Source of the DNA: Eledone cirrhosa
Lineage: Eukaryota
NCBI GenBank assembly: GCA_964016885.1
Contig: OZ024752.1
Location: 17,360,001 to 17,424,000 of the forward strand
DNA length: 64,000 nt
Direction: 5' to 3'
Shown here: positions 25,912 through 39,930 of the stretch, piece after piece
Numbering within the stretch: the stretch's first letter is position 1
Layout: every line of letters begins with the position of its first letter
Notes under the pieces: generated by a model
Seen by the model: the letters and a program-made list of their open reading frames with translations, nothing else
Told to the model about the DNA's origin: nothing
Databases searched by the model: none
Program-made: the position numbers and the translations under genes

Positions 25912-26289
25912 AGTCTCTTTGTATGTTAATGTACGAGTGTGTATGTGTGTGTGTATATATATGTGTGTGTGCGTGTGTGAGAATGTGTGTGTGTGTGTGT
26001 GTGGGTGGACCAGTATTTTTTTCCTGGTAAAATGGTGTACATTATTCGATATTTTCAGTAAAATTGATTCTCTCAATAGAACATCAAAAACCTTAACAAT
26101 AAAAGGTGTGAAATGATATTGACTATATATATATATATATATATACATATATTCACTATATATATATATATTTTTTTTGTGTTGCACCATAGAACATGTG
26201 TGTTTACGTATGTCATTGTGTTTATATGTGGGTAGAGATGTGTGCTGATGTAGGTATGTATGTTGATGTGTGTATGTTGTGGGTTCGTC

Positions 26290-27560
26290 TTAGGGAGAAG
26301 TGTTTAGACGGGGTCCGTATTTGTTAATAAAGTAAGATTCCTTGCTGATGCGCTGGGTGTGGGTGGCATTATCTTTAAATTTGCAGAGGGGAAAGATTCT
26401 GAAGTTGGGATGATTTTGGGCGGCACAGGTATCAATGTGTTCACTCAGTGGTATTTTCCTGTATTCCCGTATTTTAATTTGGGATCTATGGGCAGTCATG
26501 CGTTGGTGGAGGCTGTTTTTGGTCTGGCCTATGTATTGTTCTCGACAACCTGAGCAAGTTAATACATATATTAGATTTTCCAATGCACATGTGAAATTGT
26601 GTTTTACTATAAAACGTTGTCCTTCTTTGAAATAGAATTCCGAACCCTCTATTAGGTTGATGCAAATGCCACAGTTGGGTCTATCGCATTTTTTTACTGT
26701 GGGTTTCGTTGTTGTGGTTGGCAGTACTTTGGCATGTGTTAGGATGTTTTTCATTGACTTAGATTGTCTTTTGCTCTTTATGATATCGTGTGTTCGTAGG
26801 ATTTGGTTCATTCTATGGTCCTTTTTCAACACAGGGATGTTCTGGAGGATGGTGTCGAAGGCCTCATTGTTGAGGGGGTTGTGTGTGGAACTTTTAGTTT
26901 CGGTTGATTTACTTTAGGGTGTCTAAGGTCCTGGGTACTGAGTTTTAGGGCACGTTGGAATCAATTGTCAATTAGTGATGCAGGGTAGTCCCTGCCTATG
27001 AGTGTGTCCTTTAATTCTTGTAGCCGTAAGTAGCAGGTGTTTTTATTGGAGACTATAGTACAGATTCTCTTGGCTAAGTTGTAGGGAATATTAATTTTAA
27101 CGTGTCTAGGGTGGCAAGAGTTGAAAGGAAGATATTGCTTGGAGTCTGTGGGTTTGTAGTATATGTCTGTTTCTATTTTTTTGTTATGGATCTTAATGAG
27201 GATGTCGAGGAAGGGGAGTTGTTGATGGCTGTATTCCATCGTGAAGTTAATATTCGTGTTGAGCCCATTTATAAGGGTGTAAAATTCTTTAAGTTTTTCG
27301 ATGTTTTCATGCCAAAGGATGAAGCAGTCATCTAGATATCGCTTCCAGTTCCTTTCTATGTGTAAGTGGAGAGTGTTTCCAAATTTGTTTAGGACTTTAG
27401 TGTAGAGGGTGATTTCCAGGTATCCCATGACTAGGTTGGCATAATTGGGGCTGTTTTCGTTCCCATAGCGGTCCCAGATTTCTGCCTGTAGGGTTTGTTA
27501 TTGAAAACGAAGTAATTGTTCTCCAAGATAAATTTGAGTCCCTCTATCACGAATTCAATA
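26290..27560 (-). mobile_element. Decayed Penelope-like element (Neptune-like): RT C-half, Cys-rich linker and GIY-YIG
   Basis: GTAMGTK, KRYLDDCF, LPFLD, YYKPTDSKQYL, KCDRPNCGIC, NLIYVLTC..C..QYIGQT. Contains frameshifts and a stop. Confidence 0.92.
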
Positions 27561-27564
27561 TTCC

Positions 27565-30500
27565 AATTGGATGACACTCGCACTTTCAAACATTCGATCG
27601 TTGAAGAGAACAACCCTCGGAGGTACACTAATAATGCCACAACTACAGTCAGGTTGAATAACTGGTTATTCTTCTAACTATATCTTCTGAAGACACCTTT
27701 TATTCGAATTCGTAGAGATATCCGACTAAATACATAATTCATCTTACAAGGATTTGCTACAAACAGCATGGCTGAACACAACATCAACAAAAAAATTAAG
27801 GAAATACCGAAGACAAATAACAAGGAAGGTAATCAAACTTTATTCAGTTGTAACTACAGAAGAAAACGAAATTATAAATCGCATTTCTCTTTGAGTTGCG
27901 AACTTAATAATGATTTATTTAATTGTTATAAAATGGCAAAAAACAATCCCTCCATTGGCTATATGAATAGAATGAAGCTACACTGGGACGAAATGCACCC
28001 AGAGCTAAATTATTTCATAGCGAAACAATTACGCCAACAAGCGACGTTTGTTGAAAGTAAAAATAAGATAAATATTATTAATTGTAAGTCCCCCACAACA
28101 AACATGTTATCAACAACTCGTGTTACAGTTAAGCTACTAAACTTCCTAGCAGTCAGGTCGATCAATGCCTTGAAACAACTATGCCAGTAAGAAACTTGAC
28201 ACCACCTGTACCATCTAAGTCTACCTCGAATGCTTGGAAAAACACTATCGATAATAATAATAATCGAAGAAATTTGACACCACGTGTACCATCCGAGTCT
28301 ACCTCGACTATTGTGGAAAATACTATCGATAATGATAATCAAAAGTATAAACAATTGAAAATTTCCCTCAATGAAATCTTCCCGAGAGAAATTAACTCAT
28401 GTATAAATATCTCTCTTGCTGAACGTGTTAAAACGACAATGTTGAATAAAAAACCAAATAATGAAATATTACGTGTTATTGACGAAATAGGGATGAATAT
28501 TTACGACGGATAAAACCCCAACATTTTGGCAAATCAACGCCAAAAATACCATCATATATAACTAAAATAGAAAAAAGATTGCTGACCTACGAAAAAACAT
28601 AGGATATGTGACAATGCTCCTTACATGCAAACAAACACAAAAAAACCTCACTCCTCACCAACAAAGAGTGAAAAATAAAATAGAAACGATGTTTGGTAAC
28701 AGTAGAACCAGAACTCTCCAATATAAGCTGATCACCCTCAAACAAGAATTTAGAACTGTTAGCGAAAAACGCCGATACCTGAAGAAGGTAGATGAGATAA
28801 AAGTGCTTAATAAAAGATTCAGACGAAACCAAACATCAGTCTATAGAAATATGAAGGGCAAAATAATAAGTGTCACCGAGACCCCATCCCAGAAAGACAT
28901 AGATTCCTTTTGGAGAAAAATATGGGGTGAAAAGAAGAATTTCAACCAAGATGCAATGTGGCTAAGAGAAATCCGAAAGAACTATTGCTCCTACACTACA
29001 ACAAAAACATACGAAATAAGTGAGGGTACCCTTGAGACTGTGATAGGAAACCTCCAAGATAAGAAAACACCAGGAAGAGACATGATTGTCGGCTACTGGT
29101 ACAAAAAACTGATATTCTATCGGAGGTATCTTACTGACCTCTACCAACAAGTTCTTAAGGGAGATACACTTATACCAGAATGGTTGACATTAGCACAAAC
29201 ATTACTGGTCCCCAAGAACAAAGACACCCACTTGGAAAAAACTACCGACCCATTGCATGCCAGAACCTGATGTATAAGATGTATACAGCCTGCCTGAACC
29301 TATTCCTCCCAGATCACTGTGAAAATAATAACATCATCACAGATGAACAAGCAGCTAGAAAGAAAGGGGTTTGGGGATGTGCTGAACAACTCCTAATCAA
29401 CAAAACTGCGATGTCGGAGGTGCGACAACTTAGGAGGAATATGACTACAGTCTGGCTGGACTACAGGAAAGCTTTCGATTCTGTTCCCCACTCTTGGATG
29501 ATAGAGGCCCTCCAACTTGCTAATGTCCCAGACATTATTGTCAGAGCCATAGAGAGGCTGTCTTCTTCTTGGGCTACTATCCTAAGGTTAAAGACAGAGA
29601 GGGAGGACTCTATTTTCACTGATAAAATAAAATATTGCAGGTGTATATTTCAGGGGGACAGTCTCTCTGTGATATTATTCATCTTGTCATTAAACCCCTT
29701 GTCCTTTCTGCTCAAGAACTGTGAGGGATACATCATTGGCTCACAGGAGGACAGAAATACGAACCTAACCCATAATTTCTTTGTGGACGATCTGAAACTC
29801 TATGCCAAGAACATGGATGGGCTGAAGAAAAATCTTGACCTGGTTACAACGTTCTCAAAGGATATAGGAATGGAGTTTGGCCAAGATAAATGCTCATACA
29901 TGACTGTAAAGCGGGCAAAAACAACAACCCAATCTAGCAACATTGTCATCAATGGCCTGACTGTTTCACCGATATCTTATGAGGACTGCTACAGATACCT
30001 GGGGATAGATGAGAACTTATCCTATAATGGTATCTGTAATAAAGAACGCGTAACCAAGGAATACTACACCCGATTAAGAAAGATCTGGTCATCGGAACTC
30101 TCTGCACAAAACAAAATAGTGGCTCACAATGTGTTTGCTGTGCCTGTTCTAACACCAACGTTTGGAATACTCAATTGGACGATAGACGAAATCCGAGCAG
30201 TTGATGTTGGAACTCGAAAAATACTGAACAACACCGGAAACTTCCACATCAACAGTGACATAAACCGCCTTTACTTGAAGCGTAAGCCGGGGGGCAGAGG
30301 CCTAACATCAGTCCAGACAACATTTGAATGTCGCATCTTATCTCTCCGACAACATCTACGAACCTCGAAGCGTAGGAGCCCGTTTCTCGAGCAAGTCTAT
30401 CTGCATGAAACAGATAAGATCATGAGAGTTGGGAAGGAATTCCTCGAGAGATATTCCCTGTGTGATAATCAAAAACTCACACCCAGGGAAGTCGCTCAGC

Positions 30501-31440
30501 AGTATCGCAGTGAATCCATGGATGAAAAGCTGCATGCCTATCAGCAAAAAATCATGCATGGATATGTTGCCAGGAAGCTCCAGAGTGAGAGTAATATAGA
30601 TAAGGAAAGTAGTCTATCTTGGACCAACAACCGCTATATTGGCTCCCACTTTGAAGGATACGCTTTTGCAATCCAGGAACAGGAGATTAGCACGAAATAC
30701 CTGATTCACAAAAGAGATAGGGATGCAGGCAAAACACGTAGATGTGATAACAAGTGCAGACTCTGCAAAAAAGATAGCCCGATAATAAACACATTAAAAG
30801 CTACAGCAATGTGGAAGACATCCATGTACATAATATGAAAGAGTAAAAACCCCAATAAAATGCAGGCATAACAGACCAGATATTATGATATGGGATAGGG
30901 AGAAGAAAGCATGCACAGGAGTAGAAATTAGATGCCCAGCAGATGCCAATATAATATCAAAGATTAGTGAAAAGGAGAACATTTATGCAGAACTGATGAG
31001 AAATCTGCAGATACTCCACCCTGATTACACCTTCAGATTTATGCCTGCAATTATTGGGGTACTGGGATATGTTAGTAACTGCCTCAATACAAATCTTGAG
31101 AAGCTAGGCTTCACAGGAACAGAAAGAACACAACTAGTTAGGAAATTACAAGTACAATCCATTAATGGAACAGTAAAAATATGTAAAAAATTCCAAAATA
31201 TTTGCATCTAATAACTGCATATACACATGTACAGATACAAAGCATATACACATGCACACATACAACTCAAAACGTACACATCCACACATACAATAACATC
31301 CATATCTACACACGCATGCATACATACATATCTACCTAGTTGATGTTGTGTAAATTTCAATGAGGGAGTCTTGTGTCTATGTTAGAAACCGACTCTCTCT
31401 CTATTGGTAAAACTTTGTGAAATTATAAAACCAGAAGAAC
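27565..31440 (+). mobile_element. Near full-length R4/Dong-like non-LTR element (RT plus CCHC/REL endonuclease), frameshifted
   Basis: PGRDMIVGYWYK, NYRPIAC, WLDYRKAFDSVPHSW, IFQGDSLS, FFVDDLK, YRYLG, GGRGL, CRLC, RPDIMIWD..EIRCP. Ends in (CATA)n. Confidence 0.9.
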
Positions 31441-31456
31441 ATACATACATACACAC

Positions 31457-32028
31457 ATGATGGCTGTCCCCTTGTTATCGAGTATGGCCATTGCACGATA
31501 TACTATTATTAATAACTATCAATTAATTCTATCGTGCAATGCCTGTGCGTGAGGAAACACTGTGCACTGAGCCAATCCCGCTCTCTGAGCGACAGTAGCT
31601 ATAACCCAAAAAGAAGAAAAGATCAACATCATCGGTAACTACTGAGCCGCAGGTTTTATATGTGAGTTATCCCAGCTTCCTGAATTGCCTTCTCCTAGAA
31701 GAATTCCCCGACAAAGGCTAGGGGTCCTTCACTCCCAGTGGTTTAACCAAGCGGTACATGTGTATATACATATTTACACAATTTCGGATGGCCGTTGACT
31801 CTTATGAGTTCTTCCGCCCTTTGTCAGGTTTTGTTTTTTGTCCTGCAGGGTGTCAAAAATCCTCCTCCTCACCAAGTAAACTTGGTGGGGTTGCCGGTTT
31901 AGTCGCCGACGACCCGACCATGCGACAGGTTGTACTGGGTTACATGTTACCAGTAGCACTCAAGAGTAACCCGACATACACACATACATGATGGCTGCCC
32001 CTCGTTATCGAGTATGGCCATTGCACAA
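31457..32028 (-). mobile_element. Non-autonomous retroposon of the 14-15.5 kb family, with a duplicated 3' tail
   Basis: Head matches 14950-15120. Tail gtgcaatggccatactcgataac..cagccatcatg at 31457-31497 and 31988-32026. Body is similar to 36350-36575. Confidence 0.7.
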
Positions 32029-32490
32029 GGAAAAAAAAAATGAAATAAAATAAAATAATAATAATAATAATAATAAATAAAAAAAAAAAAAGAAATATAT
32101 ATATATATATATATATATACATACATATATACACACATACATACACATACACACACACATATACACACACACATACATTAATAACAATAATAATAATAAT
32201 AATAATAGCAATAATAATAATAACGACAACAACAATAATGTTTTCTTTATTAACCACAAGGGTTCACATAATGTAGACATTAAGGACAGTACAGGACAAT
32301 ACAGGACGGTACAAATGGGCATTTCTGCGTGTAAAAAAACAGAGGTTGAAATAAAATAACAAAGAAAAATTCCCCAATACGGGGGAGACTTCCAAGGTTC
32401 GACAACAACAATAATAATATACATATTCATATATATATACACACACACGCACGCACATAAGCATATCTACACACACACACACGATAGCAA

Positions 32491-35400
32491 CTAACAGTAC
32501 TGCGATCGAATGTGGCTTTTTAGCCCAGCCAATGATCTAAAATGTCTTGCACAGAGTCGGCAACCAAAACATTCACTGGGAATAGTCGGCTGTGGTTGGA
32601 GTTCGTGTACTTTTGCATGTCGCTTGAGCCCTCCTGCTGATTTACATTCTCTACCACATGTTTGGCAAGCATGATGAGTAGCATCTCCAACAGCAGCCTG
32701 GTAGTCAACCACTGGTCTTACTTTATGACTGCGAAGATGACTTTCGAGTCCAGCTTTGCTTAGGCAGAGTCTCGCACAGACGCTGCATGTCAGCACCATA
32801 GGAGGACCCTCGCCGCCTGGAAGTGCAACAGCAATGCCCTTCCTCACATCCCGCTTTACCTTCTCGTGTGCGATTCGAGATGCCTCAAAGGCAACTTTTC
32901 CCTCATATACAGTCTTTCTCCATTTATTACGATCAGCAGCAATATTCTCCCATGTATCAGCAGAGATGTTAGCGTCTTTCAGAGAGGCTTTCAAGGAATC
33001 CGTATACCTCTTTTTTGGTTTATGTGGCGGTCGTTTTCCTTTAACCAACTCTCCATAGAAGAGTTGTTTTGGTATTCTAGAATCCTTCATCCTGGCAAGG
33101 TGACCACTCCAACGGAGTTGTTGCTTAAGCACAAGAGCTTCTATACTGTCACACATAGAGCTTTCCAAAATCTCGACATCACTGATGTGGTCCCTCCAGT
33201 GAACGCCATGGATCCGTCTGAGACACATCTGATGGAAACGCTCCAATTTCTTAAGGTGGCGTCGATATGTGACCCAGGTCTCGCAGGCATAAAGAAGACA
33301 AGAGAGTACACATGCCCTGTACACCTTTACCTTTGTCCTCCTGCATATGTCTCGCCGACCCCCAGAGTCGCCTTTCTAGCTTTCCGAAAGCATCACTTGC
33401 TTTCCTAATCCTAAGTGAGATTTCACCGTCAAGGTTGCCGTATCGATTGACAGTGCTTCCCAGGTAGACAAACTGATCAACCACTCCAAGTCGTTTGCCA
33501 TACACATAGATGTTTGGTTCAGTGTATTGCTTACTAGGGGCAGGTTGGTACATGACGACGGTTTTCTTGAGACTGACAGTCAAACCCAGGGCAGTGCAAG
33601 CGTTAGAAAATGCATTCAAAATGTGCTGCATATCACTCTCTGTGTGCGCTACAAGATCTCAATCATCTGCATACAAGAGGTCTCTTATGATTGATGTAAA
33701 TACTTTTGTCTTCGCAGCAAAGCGCCTGATGTTAAATATGCTGCCTGAGGTTCGATATCGGATGTAAACACCATGCTCGCAATTCCTGAATGCAATACAG
33801 AAAACCATTGCAAAGTATATGGCAAACAGGGACGGTGCTGGAATATCCCCCTGTTTCACTCCATTTTTTACTGAGATAGGCTCCGACATGTTACCTCCGA
33901 CATTAACCCAAGCCTTCATGTCGTCATGGAAAGACCTAACTAAAGCAAGGAACTTATCAGGACAACCAAGTTTCTGGAGAACCTTCCATAATGCATCTCT
34001 GTTGACAGTATCGAAAGCCTTTGTCAGATCGAGAAAAACCTGATACAGATCCAAGCCTTGTTCAATGCACTTCTGGAGCTGTCTAGCTGAGAAGATCATA
34101 TCAGTAGTGCCGCGTCCAGCACGAAAACCAAATTGACTTTCAGGAAGAACACAATCTGCAATGTGTGTCAGCAGACGGTCCAGAAGCACCCTACATAAAA
34201 CTTTCCCTACGACAGAAAGCAATGATATACCTCTGTAGTTCCCACAATCATTCCTGTTACCCTTTCCCTTGTACAAGACCACCATTACTGCATCTCTCCA
34301 GTCCTCAGGTACGGATTCATTAGCCCATATCCTTCCAAACAAAGAGTGAAGATGTTGCAGGAGTCTCTCACCACCATATTGTAGGAGCTCAGCATGTATG
34401 CCATCCATACCTGGAGACCTTCCACTGTTCAGCTTCGAGATAGCCGCCGCAACCTCCACAAGCGTCGGAGGTTCTGCGAAAGCTACTTTCACAGGACTTT
34501 CCGGAATGAGATTGAGGAAATCTTCATTGACGACAGACGGCTGATTCAAAAGATCATCAAAGTGCTCTCGCCACCTTCGTAGAATTCCTTGTGAGTCACG
34601 AAGAAGTTCTTTGCCATCCTTGCTGCGAGGCGGTGTCACCAGAGAAGAAGACGGTCCATAAACTTCACGCAAGAGACTGTACAACAGTTTTGTGTTATTG
34701 GAATCTGACGCAGTTTGTATCTCATCAGCCTTCTCACTCCACCACTTATCCTTCATCTGAGAAAGACTCCGCCTAACACGTGATTTTACATCCTTGAGTT
34801 CCTTATGCAACATATTCTTCTCCTGTGGTTTTGCCGTCAAGTAGCGTGACAGAGCACACCTCTTATCAGCCAACAAGTCTTCTATATGTATATCATTCTC
34901 ATTAAACCAGTCCTGATGTTTTCTCTGCACCAATCCCAGAACACGCCCGCCTACATCATAAACCGAATTTTTAAGGGTCGGCCAATCCTCACCAAGATCT
35001 GCAACCTGCATCTCTTCTTCCAATGTCCTCTTCACATTTTTATCGTTAAGACGAGCAGCATTCAATCTTTTGGGCAGGGCAACACTAGGAGCCCGGATTT
35101 TACGTTTAGTGATTAGTTTCACCTTTGCGCGTACCAGGCGGTGGTCCGCCCAGCACTCAGCTCCATGAAGAGCACGAACACACTGCACATCCTGTCTGTC
35201 ACGCATCCTGACTAGGACGTAGTCCAAAAGATGCCATTCCTTAGATGCAGGATGCATCCATATGGTCTTGAATTTGTTCTTTTGTTGGAACATGGTGTTG
35301 GTAATACACAGATCCAGCTCCTCACACATCTGCAGCAGGAGCATACCATTGTTGTTACACTTTCCCACCCCATGCATTCCGATTACATTCCATGTGTTAA

Positions 35401-35990
35401 AATCCCTACCCACTCTAGCATTAAAGTCACCAAGCACTATGACTTTGTCTGCCTGAGGGATATTTCTTAGAACACCTTTCAAGGCATGGTAAAAGGACAT
35501 TTTTTCTTAATCGACAGAATTCATAGTTGGAGCATACACACTCACCAGGGTAGCATATCTTCCCTTGTCCAGCGGAAATCTCATGGACATAAGACGCTCA
35601 CTAATCCCTACTGGGAACTCTTCTAATTTATTCACAAGTACAGTCTTAACAGCAAATCCTACCCCAGCCTCTCTTCTGGTTCCTTCATCTCTTCCTTTCC
35701 AGAAGAATGTATATTCTCCACAAAATCCCGTAAGATGACCATCTCCAGCTAACCTCGTCTCAGATAAAGCCACGATGTCAAGATCGTAACGTCGAAGCTC
35801 CTTTGCAACAAGAGCGGTCCTTCGTTCAGGACGCTCCGAAGAATCCCTGTCAAGCAGCGTCCGTACGTTCCAGCAGCCAAGACTAAATGCCCTGTTTGGC
35901 TCTATTACAATGGCACGATGACGAGCGGGCCCAGGCTGTGATAACTTGGGGCCCCTGCCCTTATTGCCAATGATCTTTTTTGTTCCAGAA
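32491..35990 (-). mobile_element. Near full-length RTE LINE: APE, RT and three C-terminal C2H2 zinc fingers; inactivated
   Basis: GCWNVRTL, LSETRL, VYAPT, GDFNA, LDYVL, ADHRLV, YADD, LRWSGH, and CxxC..H..H x3. In-frame stops at 35507 and 33659; frameshift near 33350. Confidence 0.96.
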
Positions 35991-36099
35991 CCTAAATTGC
36001 CAATTATCTCTTTTACATTGTTCTGGAACATCATTGAATTGGGGAAAAAAAAAAAAAGAAAAAAAAGTAATAATAATAGTAATAATAATAATAATAATA

Positions 36100-36289
36100 A
36101 TAATTGTTTCTACTTTTTGGCACAAGGCCAGCAATTACCCAGTACATTACTGGTACTTTATTTTATCGACCCCGTAAGGATGAAAGGCAAAGTGAACCTC
36201 GGCGGGATTTGAACTCAGACCGTAAAGGGACGTAACTATGCTGGAAAGCATGATGTCCGACTCTCTACCGATACTGCCAATCCATCGCC

Positions 36290-36290
<1 letters not shown>
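36100..36290 (-). mobile_element. Full-length Nin/Deu SINE inserted in (TAA)n
   Basis: Reverse complement of 9220-9410. (AAT)n on both flanks. Confidence 0.88.
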
Positions 36291-36323
<33 letters not shown>

Positions 36324-36702
36324 GTACACTATTAATAATTATTAATGCACTCGTGCAATGCCTGTGCGTGACGAATATTTTTAAAGTGAGGAAAGACTGT
36401 GCACTGAGCCAATCCCACTCTTTGAGCTATAACCCGAAAAGAAGAAAAGATCAACATCATCGGTAACTACTGAGTCGAAGGTTTTATATCGGAGTTAACC
36501 CAGTTTCCTGAGATGCCTTCTCCTAGAAGAATGCCCTGAAAAGGGCTAGGGGTTCTTCACTCCCAGTGGTTTAACTGCGCGATCGGGCATCCAGCCCGAT
36601 TATTTCTATGTCCCCGCGCGAAAAAAAAAAAAAAAAAAAAGAACACTTATTGACACTTATACGTACGACATACACACACACGCTACTCTACTCACTTACA
36701 CG

Positions 36703-36752
<50 letters not shown>

Positions 36753-36859
36753 CTACCGTCATTACTGATACAAGATTACAAGATTATGTCAACTGTTGAC
36801 TTTCAAGAGTTTGTATAGTTGAAGCCGATCGTATTACAGTCCAGTATTATTATAATTGC

Positions 36860-37010
36860 TTTACAGCATAGAGTTATGGCTCCCCACGCTCTGAGCTCAA
36901 ATCCCGCCGAGGTCAACCTTGCCCTTCATCCCCGCGGAGTCAACAAAAGAGAGTACCAGTGATGCGCTGGACAGTCGCTGGATCCGTGCCAAAAGCAGAA
37001 AAATTATTAT
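36860..37010 (+). mobile_element. Diverged Nin/Deu SINE
   Basis: gagctcaaatcccgccgaggtcaaccttgcccttcatcc..gagtaccag. Confidence 0.7.
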
Positions 37011-37319
37011 TAAAGTTGTTTTCTTAAGGCCCGGTCGCTGGTGATGGTGATGGCGGCGGCGGTGGCGGTGGTGGTGGCAGTTGATGTTGTTGTGTGTGTG
37101 TGTGTGTTTTCTTATTTTGAGTTTTTTTGTTTTTTTTTCCCCTTTTCTTTTCTTTTCTTTTCCCTTCCTTTTTTTATGTTTTGATGCCGCTGTTGTTGTT
37201 GTTGTAAATGTTCATTTCAGTTCATTCTGAAGCTGTTGTTGCTGTAAACATTAGTGCCGGTGTTGTTGTTGTTGTAGATGTTGGGGTTGAAATCTGGTCG
37301 TTTGACTGAGTGATGTATA

Positions 37320-38865
37320 TATTTTTCTTTTATTTGCCACTAGGGCATCAAAAGTGGGACAAGTACAAAGGGGGGAGTTTACACAAAAAGGCGTCCTCAA
37401 TAAGGAGGAGGCAATAACAAAATATAAAAATAAAATAAGATATAACAAAAATAAAATTTTTAACAAAATCCTCAATAGAGAGGAGGCGCCTTGGGGGGTC
37501 GCACACACCCCCGAAAAAAGTGTGCAACCCTTTTCCTCAGGAGCACAGAGAGGGGGTGCTCCCTCGTTCCTTCCTCTTTTCCACCTACAGGCTTATGTAA
37601 AGAGAAGGCCCATTCACACGGGCCATTCTCGCCACTTTCACCCACCTTTCATAAAAACGACTGGGGTGCAGCACCTCTCTCTCCATCCTGATCCTTCTTC
37701 CGAAATGATATCGGAAGAAACGGACCAGTTGTTGGCCAGAGAGAAAGGTGCCTGACCTCAGTCCTTTCAGACGCGTCCACCATACAACCTCTTTCGCCAT
37801 GGCTATTACGCACAGAAACACCGCCTCTGCTTCATCTTTGAAGGGGGGAGGCGGCTTGATCATTACAATAGACTCGGTGGTCAACCGGATCGGTCCCACC
37901 CTTGACAGCAGTTGTTCGACATAGCCCCACAGATCGGCTACGCCCGAGCAGTGTACCAATGCGTGTGCAACGGTTTCCTCGTCGCACACGCATCTGGGAC
38001 AGATCTTTTTGGCGGGGTCCCTACCCGGGCGCCCGTGTCTGTAGAGCCTTTCTCGAACGGGTAAAGCCCCTCGGTAGCACTGCCAGGCCAGGGACTTCTG
38101 GAAGTTGTCCATAGGTCCCGGGCTGAATGTCCTACCGAACAGGCTGGCCAGTTCGTCCTCCTCCATGTCTAGGGCTTCTCCGAGGGCGTCGTCGCACCTG
38201 CTGCGTACCAGCCCTCTATAGAATGTTGCGGTGGAGTCTCCACTGATAACCGGATCCGCCTGCCAGAGGGCGGTGAGCGCCTGGGCACACTCAGTGTGCC
38301 AGGCGCCCAGTTTTCTCGGTCTTTGCTTGACCCAGGATTGCAGCTCGGTGAGTGAGACGAGTCTGGGAAAGGTTCGTCTCACAAACGAGGCCCACACCGG
38401 TTGTCCGGTGAGGAATACGTAGAGGTGCCGTAGCCTTAATGCGTGTTTACGCATCATTAGCCACGGCATCCCCAGCCCTCCTTTCGAAGGGTGTTGACAG
38501 CAGATGGATCTCCTCACCATAGGAGCCCGCCCCTTCCAAAGGAATTGGAAGAGCGCGCGCTCCATCTTGGTGAGGGTTTCCCTTGGGCAGGGCACTACGG
38601 TCAGGCGGTAGTAGATGACGGACGCTATATAAGTGTTCGCCACCTCCGCCCGACCTTTCAGGGATAGTTTGCAACTGGCCCACTTCTGGGTCAGTGCAAA
38701 CACCCTGTTCGTAACCTCCGCCCAGTTTTTCTCCACCTGGAGGTCCGGTCCGAACCAGACCCCGAGCAACTTCACCGGGCCCTCCGTCCAGCGTCCGACG
38801 ACGCCATCGGAGGGCATCGGTCTGCCCCTCCACGTGCCGAGTTGCAAACCGATCGACTTGTCCCG
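37320..38865 (-). mobile_element. 5'-truncated L1/Tx1-clade LINE (RT thumb, zf-RVT and 3' UTR)
   Basis: VKLLGVWFG, LSLKGR, FQFLW, KGGLGMP, CPRC..DEETVAHALVHC. GC-rich open frame of ~425 aa. AATAAA near 37328. Confidence 0.88.
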
Positions 38866-39653
38866 ATATACACACATATACATACACACACACATATATA
38901 TATATACACATTCAACATACAGTAGAGAGTTTGAAAACAGGTCGATGACTTTAGTCTAGATAGGGTATGGTATGGTAATGACATGTGACGATGGGGAGAG
39001 AGTGTAGACGTTATTGTGGTGGTGGGGACAGTGAGATGTATCTAGTTCATTTGACCGTTTTCTTCTCTTAGCAAAATTTGAATTTTAGCCATGTTATATT
39101 TAGATGTAAGTAAATGTAAAATGTAAAATATAAATAAGGATTGCTCTGCTAAAATATACTAAAATATTTGTGTAACTTCCACAAACTTCTGTCGTGTCAT
39201 TCCCGAGTCCAGTGACCAAAAAATTGTTGTATTTTGATGTTTCAGAATACAAAAATTAATTAAAAACTTACCCCACGAAAAGACAGCGTGTGTTGTCCTA
39301 TCTATAAGCTCCCTCACATATCTACATACATACATACATACATACATACATACATACATACATACATACATACTGGAATGCATTAATTTCATGTATTTTT
39401 GTGTGCATGTCTATTTGTGCGTGCATATATAAAGTGAGTTTAGAGTTGACTTTACCTGTAATTTGTGTTTTACAATTCATGCTTAGATGCACCTTGGTAA
39501 GTAGAGATCAGATACGTTATTAATAATGGACAACCTCAATCATTAGGTAACATCTGTTCACTGATCTTTTCGATGAATGCCATTTCTTTAAATACAACAC
39601 GTATTACATAGTGACACAGTTGACATGTACATTATTGTTATCATATTTGCACA

Positions 39654-39690
<37 letters not shown>

Positions 39691-39722
39691 ACGCACACAC
39701 ACACGCACTCCCCCCAGCACGC

Positions 39723-39755
<33 letters not shown>

Positions 39756-39822
39756 CACATACACAAACACATATGTATAGTGACAGCACTCCTCCTCTCT
39801 CCTCTCTCTGCCCCTCTCTCTC

Positions 39823-39930
<108 letters not shown>

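Noticed and set aside
26961-26963. In-frame TGA in the PLE as a recoded codon
   Set aside because: Likely GGA>TGA in a copy that also has frameshifts.
33659-33661. In-frame TGA at the Cys following YADD as a possible selenocysteine
   Set aside because: The same copy has a TAA stop and a frameshift, and the sister copy has TGT. A point mutation is simpler and no SECIS was recognised.
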